A DNA stretch of 53,997 nucleotides, taken from contig CACAKI010000004.1 in assembly GCA_902533035.1 (NCBI GenBank), positions 1 to 53,997 of the forward strand, read 5' to 3'. The notes under the pieces are model-generated. The model was not told where the DNA came from. It saw nothing but the letters and a program-made list of their open reading frames with translations, and did not search any database. The translations under genes were made by a program, and so were the position numbers. The stretch is from an uncultured Bacteroidota bacterium (GTDB lineage: Bacteria > Bacteroidota > Bacteroidia > Flavobacteriales > TMED113). This document shows, in pieces, positions 8,397 through 18,542 of this stretch (its first letter is position 1; the number at the start of each line of letters is the position of its first letter).

Positions 8397-9925
8397 AAAT
8401 CAAATTTTATTCCTTGCGCAAGGGGTAGCTCGGTTGAAAAATTAATTGTGTTAGTTTGCCTTCTCATATATGCCTTCCACGCATCAGAGCCAGACTCTCT
8501 ACCACCACCAGTTTCTTTTTCACCACCAAAAGCCCCACCAATTTCAGCGCCGGATGTTCCAATATTAACATTGGCAATACCACAATCTGACCCCTCATGA
8601 GACAAAAACCTTTCCGCCTCTCTTAAATTTGTGGTCATGATTGCTGAAGACAAACCTTGAGGTACATCGTTTTGCATTTTTATAGCACATTCTAAATCAG
8701 AGTATTTTAATAAATACAAAATAGGAGCAAAGGTTTCTGTTTGTACACAACTATAATTATTTTTTGCCTCAACAATAACGGGTTTAACATAACAACCAGA
8801 AACATAATCATCACCACTTAAAACACCCCCACCAACAACAACAACACCACCCTCTTTTTGAACATTTAAAATGGCCTTTAAATACATATCCACCGCGCCC
8901 CTATCTATAAGTGGCCCCATGTGGTTTGATTCATCTAGGGGGTTTCCTATCTTTATTTGCTTATAAGCGTTAACTAATTTTTCTTTCACGGAATCATAAA
9001 TAGACTCATGAACAATCAACCTTCTTGTGGTAGTACACCTTTGTCCAGCGGTTCCAACAGCCCCAAAAACAGCTCCAACAACACTAATATCAATATCAGC
9101 ATCAGGGGTAATTATTAAAGCATTATTTCCACCAAGCTCTAAAATAGATTTACCAAAACGCTTAGCCACCTCTGCGCCCACAACACGACCCATTCTTGTT
9201 GATCCGGTTGCTGAAATCAAAGCAACCCTTTTATCTTTTGTTAACCACTCCCCCACACTATAATCACCATTAATTAAACAACAAATAGCATCGGGCATAT
9301 TATTTTTTTTTAAAACATTAGCCATAATTTTTTGGCAGGCAATACCACAAAGGGGTGTTTTTTCGGAGGGTTTCCAAACACAAACATTTCCACAAATCCA
9401 AGCTAACGCGGTATTCCAAGCCCACACAGCAACAGGAAAATTAAAAGCAGAGATCACACCCACAATTCCCAAGGGGTGATATTGTTCATACATTCGGTGC
9501 TTTGGTCTTTCAGAGTGCATAGTAATACCACACAACTGTCTAGACAAACCTACAGCAAAATCACAAATATCAATCATCTCCTGAACCTCACCTAAACCTT
9601 CTTGTAAAGATTTACCCATCTCATATGAAACCAAAGCTCCTAATGAAGATTTTTTTAACCTTAACTCTTCCCCAAACTGTCGAACAACCTCTCCTCTTTT
9701 TGGGGCGGGCAACATTCTCCAAAAAACAAAAGCCTCCTCACAAGAAGAGATTATTTTATTATACTCTTCTTTAGATGTAAACCGCGTTGTTCCAATTTCT
9801 TTTCCATTTACCGGTGAAACAGAAATAATATTCGGCTCAACACCATTATACCAACTCGAACCCATAGCAGAAGCTTGATTGGTTTTTTTAATTTCTAAAT
9901 CGTTAAATATTTTATTTAAATCCAT
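8393..9925 (-). CDS. amaB: Aldehyde dehydrogenase family 7 (antiquitin / L-piperideine-6-carboxylate dehydrogenase-like)
   Basis: ISAFNFPVAVWAWN, LELGGNN, GTAGQRCT, SDCGIANVNIGTSGAEIGGAFGGEKETGGGRESGSDAWK, and ending LPLAQGIKF typical of ALDH7. Confidence 0.88.
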   Translation of the reverse strand: MDLNKIFNDLEIKKTNQASAMGSSWYNGVEPNIISVSPVNGKEIGTTRFTSKEEYNKIISSCEEAFVFWRMLPAPKRGEVVRQFGEELRLKKSSLGALVSYEMGKSLQEGLGEVQEMIDICDFAVGLSRQLCGITMHSERPKHRMYEQYHPLGIVGVISAFNFPVAVWAWNTALAWICGNVCVWKPSEKTPLCGIACQKIMANVLKKNNMPDAICCLINGDYSVGEWLTKDKRVALISATGSTRMGRVVGAEVAKRFGKSILELGGNNALIITPDADIDISVVGAVFGAVGTAGQRCTTTRRLIVHESIYDSVKEKLVNAYKQIKIGNPLDESNHMGPLIDRGAVDMYLKAILNVQKEGGVVVVGGGVLSGDDYVSGCYVKPVIVEAKNNYSCVQTETFAPILYLLKYSDLECAIKMQNDVPQGLSSAIMTTNLREAERFLSHEGSDCGIANVNIGTSGAEIGGAFGGEKETGGGRESGSDAWKAYMRRQTNTINFSTELPLAQGIKFDF

Positions 9926-9934
9926 AATAAATTT

Positions 9935-11245
9935 TTATTGAAACAACCTAATAACATCATTCACGTTAGCTAATATAAAAAGCCCTAAAAGAAGAACCAT
10001 TCCAACAACCTGAATATATCCTAATATCTTTGGGTTAATATCTCGCCCCATAATCATTTCTATTAGTAAAATAAGAACATGCCCACCATCTAATGCGGGA
10101 ATTGGAAGCAGGTTTACAATTGCCAACATTATAGAAATAAAAGCCGTTAGTCCCCAAAAATGCTCCCAATCCCAACTAGAACCAAACAAGGAGCCGATGG
10201 TTATAAAACCACCAAGTTGTTTTGCCCCATCATCCATTTTAAACAATAAACCAAACTGACCTAAATAGTTTACAATTTCTTTTTTTGTTTTTTTAAGAGC
10301 GATAGGAAAAGAACTAAAAAAAGAATGCTTCACATAAAACTCATTAGCTGTTTTAGCCACAACCCCGATTAAAACCAAGCCATCATTATTTTTTTTAGGA
10401 AGTTTTATTTTTTTATCACAAAACTCTTCTCCCCCTCTTTCAAAACAAAACTCAAATTCTTTGTTTTCGTTTTTTTGAAAAAAAGAAACAAATTCTTGGC
10501 GACTAGAAAGTCGTTGGCCGTTTATAGAGGTTAATAAATCTCCATTTTCTAAACCAGCATTTTTAGCAGCACCATCTAAAATAGAATCTATTTCAAAGGG
10601 GGTATCATCAATTATTATACTACGATTAATTATAGGGTTAATGTGTTCTTGAGAAAAGTCAATAGTTTGATTTTGACCATTCCTAGAAACAATAATTTTT
10701 TTATCACCCCACAAAACAAGCTCCATTTTAACATCCAACCAACACATATCTTTGACATCCTTATTATTAACAAAAAGAATTTGATCACCAGTTTTTAAAG
10801 GGAAGTCATCCAAATCAACAACCTCAGAATAAACAGAAAGAGGGCTTTGTTCTATTTTTTTCTCCCCCCAATATCCGAACATAAAAACATAAATAAAGAA
10901 CGCTAAAACAAAATTTACAACCACCCCACCTAACATAATAATTAATCTTTGCCAGCGCGGCTTGCTTCTAAACTCCCAATCTTTTGCTGGTTTTTTCATT
11001 TGCTCTTGATCCATGGATTCGTCAATCATACCAGCAATTTTCACATACCCCCCTAATGGTAACCACCCAATCCCATATGTTGTGTCGCCAATTTTTTTCT
11101 TAAACAAAGAAAACCAAGGGTTAAAAAAAAGATAAAACTTTTCAACTTTTGTGTTGAATATTCTAGCAGCCACAAAGTGACCAGCTTCATGAAGAACAAT
11201 CAAAATACTTAAGCATAAAAAAAATTGACCAAGGATTATTAACAT
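9935..11245 (-). CDS. rseP: RIP metalloprotease RseP
   Basis: HEAGH, PLGGYVKI, PDZ-like regions, NLLPIPALDGG; directly downstream of dxr. Confidence 0.95.
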   Translation of the reverse strand: MLIILGQFFLCLSILIVLHEAGHFVAARIFNTKVEKFYLFFNPWFSLFKKKIGDTTYGIGWLPLGGYVKIAGMIDESMDQEQMKKPAKDWEFRSKPRWQRLIIMLGGVVVNFVLAFFIYVFMFGYWGEKKIEQSPLSVYSEVVDLDDFPLKTGDQILFVNNKDVKDMCWLDVKMELVLWGDKKIIVSRNGQNQTIDFSQEHINPIINRSIIIDDTPFEIDSILDGAAKNAGLENGDLLTSINGQRLSSRQEFVSFFQKNENKEFEFCFERGGEEFCDKKIKLPKKNNDGLVLIGVVAKTANEFYVKHSFFSSFPIALKKTKKEIVNYLGQFGLLFKMDDGAKQLGGFITIGSLFGSSWDWEHFWGLTAFISIMLAIVNLLPIPALDGGHVLILLIEMIMGRDINPKILGYIQVVGMVLLLGLFILANVNDVIRLFQ

Positions 11246-11255
11246 AATAAAAATT

Positions 11256-12410
11256 TTAAATTATTGTTTTTGCAAATTTTCTGGTTTCTAAATCAATCTC
11301 CAATAGATCTTCTAATTTAGGGTTTTGCACAAAAGTAATCTTTTCTAACGATTTTTCTATAATATTTACCATATCTATAAAACGAATTTTTTTGTTTAAA
11401 AACGCAGAAACAGCAACCTCGTTCGAGGCGTTTAAAACACAACCAAAAGACCCACCAACCCTTATGGCCTCATACGCAAAATCAAGATGTTTAAAAACAG
11501 ATTTATTGGGCTCTTCGAAGTGAAGTGATTTTATTTTCACCAAATCTAGTTTTGGCGCAGAAGAGCTAACTCTTTTCGGATAATTTAAGGCATATAAAAT
11601 AGGGATATACATACTAGGCTGTCCTAATTGTGCTATTACTGACCCATCTAGAAACTCTACTAAAGAGTGTATAATTGACTCAGGATGAACAACAACCTTT
11701 ATTTTATTAAAAGGAACATTAAACAACCATTTAGTTTCAATTAATTCAAATCCCTTATTCATAAGTGTTGCAGAGTCAATGGTGATTTTATTACCCATGT
11801 TCCAATTAGGGTGTTTTAAAGCCTTTTCTACAGAAACATCACCGAGTTCTTTACTGGAAAAACCCCTAAAAGGCCCACCAGAAGCTGTTAATATGATATT
11901 TTTTACAGTGCTTATTTTTTCACCCTGTAAACATTGAAAAATAGCAGAGTGCTCAGAGTCCACAGGAATAATCTCACCATTATAATCATTTAGTAATGAT
12001 GAAATTATTTGACCCCCAACAACTAGAGTTTCTTTATTTGCTAAAGCAATTTTTTTACCACTTTTAATAGCTGAAATAGTAGGAAGTAAAGCAGCGAAAC
12101 CAACAATAGCAACTAAAATAATATCAAAATCATTAGACTCAATTAAATCACACAAAACATCATTACCACAATAAACTTTTATATCATTTTTTTTTAAGTT
12201 TTTTTTCAAATAATTATAACCATCACCGGTATTAACAACCACATGATTTGGTTTAAAAAAAAGAGATTGTTTTAATAACAACTCTTTACTACTGTTTGCT
12301 GATATTAATTTTAATTCGAAATCATCCGAAAACTCATGTATTATATTTAAAGCTTGTGTTCCAATAGAGCCGGTTGACCCCAAAATAGCAACGCGTTTTT
12401 TACCCATCAT
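11256..12410 (-). CDS. dxr: 1-deoxy-D-xylulose-5-phosphate reductoisomerase
   Basis: LGSTGSIG, LANKE, PVDSEH, TASGGPF, HPNWNMG, DSATLMNKG. Confidence 0.98.
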   Translation of the reverse strand: MMGKKRVAILGSTGSIGTQALNIIHEFSDDFELKLISANSSKELLLKQSLFFKPNHVVVNTGDGYNYLKKNLKKNDIKVYCGNDVLCDLIESNDFDIILVAIVGFAALLPTISAIKSGKKIALANKETLVVGGQIISSLLNDYNGEIIPVDSEHSAIFQCLQGEKISTVKNIILTASGGPFRGFSSKELGDVSVEKALKHPNWNMGNKITIDSATLMNKGFELIETKWLFNVPFNKIKVVVHPESIIHSLVEFLDGSVIAQLGQPSMYIPILYALNYPKRVSSSAPKLDLVKIKSLHFEEPNKSVFKHLDFAYEAIRVGGSFGCVLNASNEVAVSAFLNKKIRFIDMVNIIEKSLEKITFVQNPKLEDLLEIDLETRKFAKTII

Positions 12411-13904
12411 TTATTCTAAATAATTATTTAAGTAATCCCCTATTTTTCTATCATTTGATAATGAGGGGCACTTATTTTGACCACCCAACTTACCAATAGA
12501 GGCCATATATTTATTAAAACTACCAACTTTTACACAATTAACCACTAAGGGCTTGAGAATAAAATCTTTAATTAAGTCATTATAATAAATATTTTGCCGT
12601 CTAAGCCCATCATCTAAATGTTTACAAAACAAAGAAAAATTATATGGTTTTTCTAAAAACTCAATAAACCAATCATGATAAGGAAGGCCTTTTTTAGGAT
12701 TAGTTTTTGGACAGACGGTAAACCCCGCTATTTCCCCCCCATATTTACTTAAACTATTTTTTAGTGCTAACTCAACCTCTTTTCCAATAACGTGTTCCCC
12801 GAAAGCAGAAATAAAATGCTTTATTCTACCAGTAACAATTATTCGATATGGATTTAAACTCACAAACCTAATTGTGTCACCAATATTATAGGACCACAAC
12901 CCCGAGCAGGTATTCAATATTAAAACATAATCTTTATTCAACTCAACATCTTCTAAAGACAACCGATTATAATTACCAACTAAAAATTCACTAGAATCAA
13001 TAAATTCATAAAAAACACCATGATTAGTTAACAATAAAAGTTCATCTTTTTCAATATTATCTTGGTATCCAATAAAACCCTCTGATGCTGGATAATATTC
13101 AAGAAAATCAATACCGGGTAACATTTTTTTAAGTGTGTTTTTAAAGGGGTTGAAATTAACACCACCATGTACATATAAAGACAAATTTGGAAAAACATCC
13201 AGAACTTTATTTTTTTTAGATCTCTCTAAAATTTTTTGAAAATACATTATAATCCAAGGTGGTATCCCGCCAATTAAACGTAAATCAGACCCAATGGTCT
13301 CGTTTATAATTTCGAATAATTTTTCTTCCCAACACTCTATGGAGTTTGTTTTTATACTAGGGAGGCGGTTTGATTTTAAAAAAGACGGAATGTGGTGAGC
13401 CACTATTCCAGAGAGACGACCGGTATAAATATTTTTGTGTTTTGTTAAAACAGGGGAGCCTTGTAAGAACATCATCTTACCGTTTATGGAATCATATTTT
13501 TGGGTTTTATAAGCATATAATAACAAAGCCTCTTTAGATGCGTTAATTTGATGTTTTAACATTCCTCGATTTAACGGGATGTATTTAACCCCACTTGTGG
13601 TTCCAGATGTTTTTGCAAAGTACAACACCTTTCCTGGCCACAAAACATTAATTTCTCCATCAGCTATTTTTTCAACAAAACCCCTAATGTCTTCATATGT
13701 GTTAATTGGAGACGCTTCTCGAAAATTTTTGATATTCATGTTTTTTGTAGCCCCAATACTTTTTCCAAATTTTGTTTTAGGTAAAACACTCATGTGTTTT
13801 TTGAAAATTTTTTTTTGGTTTAGAATGGATTTTTTTGACCAATCTATTACATAATTGTTATTTCGTTTAGCTAAAAATCGAACAATAGGCTTTTTAAAAA
13901 ACAT
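12411..13904 (-). CDS. GH3 auxin-responsive-promoter family protein (acyl-adenylate-forming fold)
   Basis: AKTSGTTSGVKYIP, YPASEGF, GLWSYNIGD, FGEHVI, GGQNK. Confidence 0.92.
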   Translation of the reverse strand: MFFKKPIVRFLAKRNNNYVIDWSKKSILNQKKIFKKHMSVLPKTKFGKSIGATKNMNIKNFREASPINTYEDIRGFVEKIADGEINVLWPGKVLYFAKTSGTTSGVKYIPLNRGMLKHQINASKEALLLYAYKTQKYDSINGKMMFLQGSPVLTKHKNIYTGRLSGIVAHHIPSFLKSNRLPSIKTNSIECWEEKLFEIINETIGSDLRLIGGIPPWIIMYFQKILERSKKNKVLDVFPNLSLYVHGGVNFNPFKNTLKKMLPGIDFLEYYPASEGFIGYQDNIEKDELLLLTNHGVFYEFIDSSEFLVGNYNRLSLEDVELNKDYVLILNTCSGLWSYNIGDTIRFVSLNPYRIIVTGRIKHFISAFGEHVIGKEVELALKNSLSKYGGEIAGFTVCPKTNPKKGLPYHDWFIEFLEKPYNFSLFCKHLDDGLRRQNIYYNDLIKDFILKPLVVNCVKVGSFNKYMASIGKLGGQNKCPSLSNDRKIGDYLNNYLE

Positions 13905-13909
13905 AATTA

Positions 13910-14737
13910 TTAAAAATCTAGATATTTTTCAGGGTCTACTGGTATTGTTCCGTACCATAACTCAAAATGTAAATGTGGGGCGCTAGACAATTTCCCAGAA
14001 CTTCCCACTAAAGCAATTTTTTCTCCAGCTAAAACCAAATCACCTGTTTTTTTTAATAAGGTTGAATTATGAAGATAAACAGATAGAAAATTATGTTCGT
14101 GAGACATTACGATAAAATTCCCAACATCATTTGAGTGCCCTGAAAAAACAACCGTTCCGCCCAACACAGAGAAAACTCCCGAATTTTCTTGTGCTGCTAT
14201 ATCAACACCAAAATGACCATCACTAATATTAAAAGAAGATGTTATTATGCCACTTGTGGGAACGCTTGTTTTTAGTTTTCCGAATATTCGTTTATTATAA
14301 GAGGTAACGCTTTCTTTATCCATTTTTTTTATAAAATTTACCAAAGAAGAATCTTGTTCAGTGATTTTTTTATGTAGAGATTGTAAAGAAAAAAGAACAC
14401 TTGGCCCATCACCAACAATTAAATCCTCTGTTGAATTTAAAATTAGTTTTAAATTTTCTGTATAATCCAACTGAAGGCTTAATAAATGCGAAATTGAATC
14501 CACATGTAGATATAAATCAGCGATTTCGTTTTTTTTAGAGTAATCAAAAAATTTATTACCCAATGGTGAAAAGGTTAGAATAACACAAGACAAGAGAAAA
14601 CAAAATAAAAATATTACACTCAACCCTAAAAAAACATAAAACCGATTAATATAAAATGTCTTTAATTTTTCTAAAGACTCTTTTTCAAACACCACGACGC
14701 GATATTTTATCATTAATTTTGCTAAAAAAGACTTCAT
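13910..14737 (-). CDS. Membrane-anchored M23 family metallopeptidase
   Basis: N-terminal TM segment; HFGVD (HxxxD) and PHLHFE (HxH). Confidence 0.92.
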   Translation of the reverse strand: MKSFLAKLMIKYRVVVFEKESLEKLKTFYINRFYVFLGLSVIFLFCFLLSCVILTFSPLGNKFFDYSKKNEIADLYLHVDSISHLLSLQLDYTENLKLILNSTEDLIVGDGPSVLFSLQSLHKKITEQDSSLVNFIKKMDKESVTSYNKRIFGKLKTSVPTSGIITSSFNISDGHFGVDIAAQENSGVFSVLGGTVVFSGHSNDVGNFIVMSHEHNFLSVYLHNSTLLKKTGDLVLAGEKIALVGSSGKLSSAPHLHFELWYGTIPVDPEKYLDF

Positions 14738-14868
14738 AAGCTATTTTTCAATTAATTTTGTTCACAAGATAGTTGGAATATTAAAGATAAAACATAAAGG
14801 AACTCTATAAAATTTAAAATAAAATTATTTATATATAGTTAAGAATATTATAATTCTAAATCAAATAA

Positions 14869-17403
14869 TTGAAAACAAAAACAAAAATAATAATACTTCA
14901 TTTGATCGCACTCATGGTGTTTGTGTCAAGTTGCTCTACCACTAGAGATAATTTTTTTAGTAAAACCTATCACCAAACAACTGCAAAATACAACGGATAT
15001 TTTAACGCTAACGAAAGTGTTAAATTGGGTCTTAAAAAAATAAAAGAATCACACCAAGAAAATTATCAAAACATACTTCCAGTAGACAAAATTAATCAAC
15101 AAGAAATCATAGGCCAGGTGTTCCCCAATATGGACAGGGCTATTGAAAAAACAACAAAAGTCATTGTTCAACACTCTATGACAATTAATAATGAAGAGAA
15201 AAATAAATGGATTGATGATAACTATTTTTTGATGGCTCAGGCTAGATTTTATAAGAAAGAGTACTTAGCGGCACTGAACACATTTAAATACATAATTAGA
15301 TCATATCCAAAGGGTGGATTAATTAACCAGTCTATTATTTGGTCTGCAAAATGTGACATTAAACTAGATAATTTCCAAACAGCAGAAAAAACAATAAAAT
15401 ACTTACTAGAAGAAAAGTCGTTAAATAAAAAAGAAACAGCGTTAGCCTATTTAACATATGCTGAAATAAAAATAAAAACTAAAAACTATAAGGGGGCCAC
15501 AGAGTATTTAGAAGAGTTTTTGGGCGTAAACCAGGACAGGGAGCTAAAAGCTAGGGTTTATTTTATTCTAGGTCAATTATATGAAAGGTTAGAACAAGGA
15601 GACAGGGCGTTAGATAATTATGAAAAAGTCATAAAAACAAACCCTGAATATGAAATGAGCTTTCGTGCATCCTTAAATAAAGCAAATTCATATGCTTTTT
15701 CATCTGGAAATGCAACTATTTTATTAAAAGAGTATTATAAAATGTTAAAAGATGTAAAAAACAAAGACTACAGGGATCAAATTTATTTTGCGATAGGGGA
15801 AATTAAATTAAACGACAGAGATACAATAAGCGCTATTGAAAATTATCAAAAATCTTTAAATTCTTTTTTATTTAATGTCAACCAAAAATTACAAACTCAC
15901 TTTAAATTATCACAAATATATTTGAATCAAAAATCTTATAAAAATGCCTACATACAACACGACTCCATTATAATGCTAATGGAATTGGATGACGATAGAT
16001 ATGCACAAACCAATAAAACATATAAAGACTTAAAAGATGTTGTATATAATCAAAATCTAATTTACACACAAGATAGTTTATTGTCTTTGGGGCTTTTACC
16101 TGAGGATGAAAGAAATGATATAATTGATGAATACATTGATTCTTTAAGACAAAAAGATATGGAGGAAAAAAACAACTCTAAAGACGATAATTTTGGTGGG
16201 AATTTTAATTTATATGAGTATAATAAAAATCAAGCTAGTCTACCTACGGGTGGGGGGTGGTATTTTTATAACCCAACCGCTATTAGTTTTGGTTACTCAG
16301 AATTTTTAACCAGATGGGGTAATAGAAAAAATGAAAATAACTGGAGAAGAAAAAATAAAAACCAAATAGACACTGAAGAGTCAGGTGAAGAAATAGATGA
16401 CGGGGGCCCAACAATAAAAGAAAAATACAGTAGAGAATATTATTTATCTAAAATCCCATTAACAAAAACAGCACAGGATTCCACCCTAGCTCAAATCGAA
16501 AAGGCGTATTATAATCTAGGAATTCATTTAAAAAACAAATTTTTTGATTATAATCTTTCTGTGGACACATATGAAGAAATGTTAAAAAGATTTAATAACA
16601 CTGAATACAAACTTTTGGTGTATATGCAGTTGGTTTTTTTATATGATATCCTTGAGGAAGATGTAGCAAAAAATGAAATACTAACCAATATTCAAAAAGA
16701 CTTCCCTGGCAATAAATATATAAACCCAAAAACAGGAGAGTTACTGGTTCCTGAAGAAGAAAAAAGTGAATATGAAAAAATATATAATTTATATGCAAAT
16801 AAAAATTATATAGGGGCGCTTAACATGATTGGTCAAGTTTTAAAAACCAATAACCCCGACGACTTAAATATCAAAATGATAGAAGCTTTTTGTATTTCCA
16901 AAACACAGGGAAAAAAGCCGTTTATTGAAGCTTTAGAAAAAATAAAAAAAGAGCACCCAAATACAATTCAGGGTAAAAAAAGCGTAGAACTACTAAACGT
17001 TTTATATGGCTCTTTTTATGAAGAGGATAAAGACTTATATAAAATGGAACCAGACACTGAACATTATATGATTATTACAGTTTCGGATTTAAAAATAGAT
17101 ATACCAGAATTACAAAGTATGATATCAAAGTATAATAATAATAATTTTGGAGAAAAAAAATTACAAATCAACAACCTCTTATTAAATCAAGAAACACAAA
17201 TTATTAAGATTACGAATTTTAAAAATATAACTGAAGCCTTGGTGTATTATGAGTCTACATTAAAGGATCTTGAATGGGGAGATTTTTATATAAAAAAAGG
17301 AATTGATAAAATGGTTATTTCAAAAAATAATTTTATTTCATTATTAAAACAAAAAACAACACAAGAGTATAAAATTTATTTTCAAAAAAAATACATTGAT
17401 TAG
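14869..17403 (+). CDS. porW: T9SS periplasmic TPR lipoprotein PorW/SprE
   Basis: Lipobox SSC; TAKYNGYFN, WIDDNY, TPR helices, WYFYNP...F...WGNR..ENNWR; position upstream of bactofilin and the atp operon. Confidence 0.85.
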   Translation: MKTKTKIIILHLIALMVFVSSCSTTRDNFFSKTYHQTTAKYNGYFNANESVKLGLKKIKESHQENYQNILPVDKINQQEIIGQVFPNMDRAIEKTTKVIVQHSMTINNEEKNKWIDDNYFLMAQARFYKKEYLAALNTFKYIIRSYPKGGLINQSIIWSAKCDIKLDNFQTAEKTIKYLLEEKSLNKKETALAYLTYAEIKIKTKNYKGATEYLEEFLGVNQDRELKARVYFILGQLYERLEQGDRALDNYEKVIKTNPEYEMSFRASLNKANSYAFSSGNATILLKEYYKMLKDVKNKDYRDQIYFAIGEIKLNDRDTISAIENYQKSLNSFLFNVNQKLQTHFKLSQIYLNQKSYKNAYIQHDSIIMLMELDDDRYAQTNKTYKDLKDVVYNQNLIYTQDSLLSLGLLPEDERNDIIDEYIDSLRQKDMEEKNNSKDDNFGGNFNLYEYNKNQASLPTGGGWYFYNPTAISFGYSEFLTRWGNRKNENNWRRKNKNQIDTEESGEEIDDGGPTIKEKYSREYYLSKIPLTKTAQDSTLAQIEKAYYNLGIHLKNKFFDYNLSVDTYEEMLKRFNNTEYKLLVYMQLVFLYDILEEDVAKNEILTNIQKDFPGNKYINPKTGELLVPEEEKSEYEKIYNLYANKNYIGALNMIGQVLKTNNPDDLNIKMIEAFCISKTQGKKPFIEALEKIKKEHPNTIQGKKSVELLNVLYGSFYEEDKDLYKMEPDTEHYMIITVSDLKIDIPELQSMISKYNNNNFGEKKLQINNLLLNQETQIIKITNFKNITEALVYYESTLKDLEWGDFYIKKGIDKMVISKNNFISLLKQKTTQEYKIYFQKKYID

Positions 17404-17429
17404 TCAACCTTACTTAATAATAGGATTTG

Positions 17430-17437
17430 TATATTTG
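17430..17437 (+). promoter_or_regulatory. -7 promoter element upstream of bactofilin
   Basis: TATATTTG ends 22 nt before ATG 17460. Confidence 0.55.
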
Positions 17438-17459
17438 ATAAATTAAAAACCCCTATTTT

Positions 17460-17924
17460 ATGAAAATACTAGAGAAAAACAATACCGATTCCGTAAACAG
17501 TATTGGAAAAGGGAGCTCTTTAGAGGGCTCAATTAACGCACCTGGAGATATTCGTATAGATGGGGCTTTAAAGGGCACTGTAAAAGCAAAGGGTCGTTTA
17601 GTTTTAGGAAAGAGCGGTTTAATTGAAGGGGAGGTTGAGTGTGGCTCAGCTGTAATTTCGGGTGAGTTGAAAGCAAATATCAAGTCAAAAGAATTATTAA
17701 TCCTTAAGGAAACAGCCAAATTATACGGAGATATAGAAACGGAAAAATTATCTATAGAGCCGGGGGCTATGTTTAGCGGAAAATGTGTTATGGGTTTAGC
17801 ACCACAAGTACAACCAACCAAAATAATTTTAGAAAATAAAGATCAAGCGTTTTCTAAAAACAAAAAATCGAATTTAACTGAAAAAAAAGAAGACAACAAA
17901 AAAGAAAATGAGTCCAAAATTTAA
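17460..17924 (+). CDS. Bactofilin (polymer-forming cytoskeletal protein, CcmA family)
   Basis: IGKGSSLEGSI..GDIRIDG..G, LYGDI, LSIEPGAMFSG beta-helix pattern. Confidence 0.93.
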   Translation: MKILEKNNTDSVNSIGKGSSLEGSINAPGDIRIDGALKGTVKAKGRLVLGKSGLIEGEVECGSAVISGELKANIKSKELLILKETAKLYGDIETEKLSIEPGAMFSGKCVMGLAPQVQPTKIILENKDQAFSKNKKSNLTEKKEDNKKENESKI

Positions 17925-18273
17925 GATAATTTTACTATTTACTCTAACTCTCTTTTTTATTTTAATAATACTAAATATTAGCACTAATTATGATTTACAA
18001 AAAAATGGCTGGTATTCATTAGCTATTATGTATTTTTTCTCATTTTCTATTTTTCAAATCAGTGTTTTAGAGAAAGTGGTATCTAAAGGAAAAAAATTTG
18101 TTCAATCTCATCTATTTTTAACCGCCTTAAAGATGGTGTTATCGATAATGTTTATTATTGTTTATGGGATGATTATGGGTGAAGAAATAGAGGAGCTCTT
18201 TTTTATTTGGTTTTTAAGTTTATACTTATTATATACTGCGCTTTTAGGCTGGTTGTTTTATAAAAAAAAATGA
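17908..18273 (+). CDS. Four-TM membrane protein, AtpI-like ATP synthase accessory
   Basis: Four hydrophobic segments with a conserved-looking FV...LKM; located before atpB. Confidence 0.55.
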   Translation: MSPKFKIILLFTLTLFFILIILNISTNYDLQKNGWYSLAIMYFFSFSIFQISVLEKVVSKGKKFVQSHLFLTALKMVLSIMFIIVYGMIMGEEIEELFFIWFLSLYLLYTALLGWLFYKKK

Positions 18274-18455
18274 AAAAAAATGTATACAAATTTATAAGCG
18301 CTGGGTTGGAGATTTGTATAATTGTGTTTGTGTTTTTTTTAATAGGCTTTAAAATAGATGAAAAATTACAAACAAAATACTACACAATTCTTTGTAGTTT
18401 TTTGGGAATTATTTTTGCTTTATTCGCTTTATTTAAAAAAGTAAAAAAAGGTTGA
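18270..18455 (+). CDS. AtpZ/AtpI family two-TM protein
   Basis: Pattern G.E.....F...G..ID..L with two TM segments; immediately upstream of atpB. Confidence 0.7.
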   Translation: MKKNVYKFISAGLEICIIVFVFFLIGFKIDEKLQTKYYTILCSFLGIIFALFALFKKVKKG

Positions 18456-18497
18456 AAAATAAATTCAAAAAAAGTGATATTAAGTCATAAAATAATT

Positions 18498-18505
18498 TAT
18501 TTTTG
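18498..18505 (+). promoter_or_regulatory. -7 promoter element upstream of atpB
   Basis: TATTTTTG in the intergenic gap before atpB. Confidence 0.5.
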
Positions 18506-18542
18506 TGTCGTAGTTTTAATTAATATTAATTTTAGCTAAAAA

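Noticed and set aside
14758-14766. TTGTTCACA as a DnaA box in the M23/porW intergenic region
   Set aside because: A single degenerate match in AT-rich DNA with no cluster around it.
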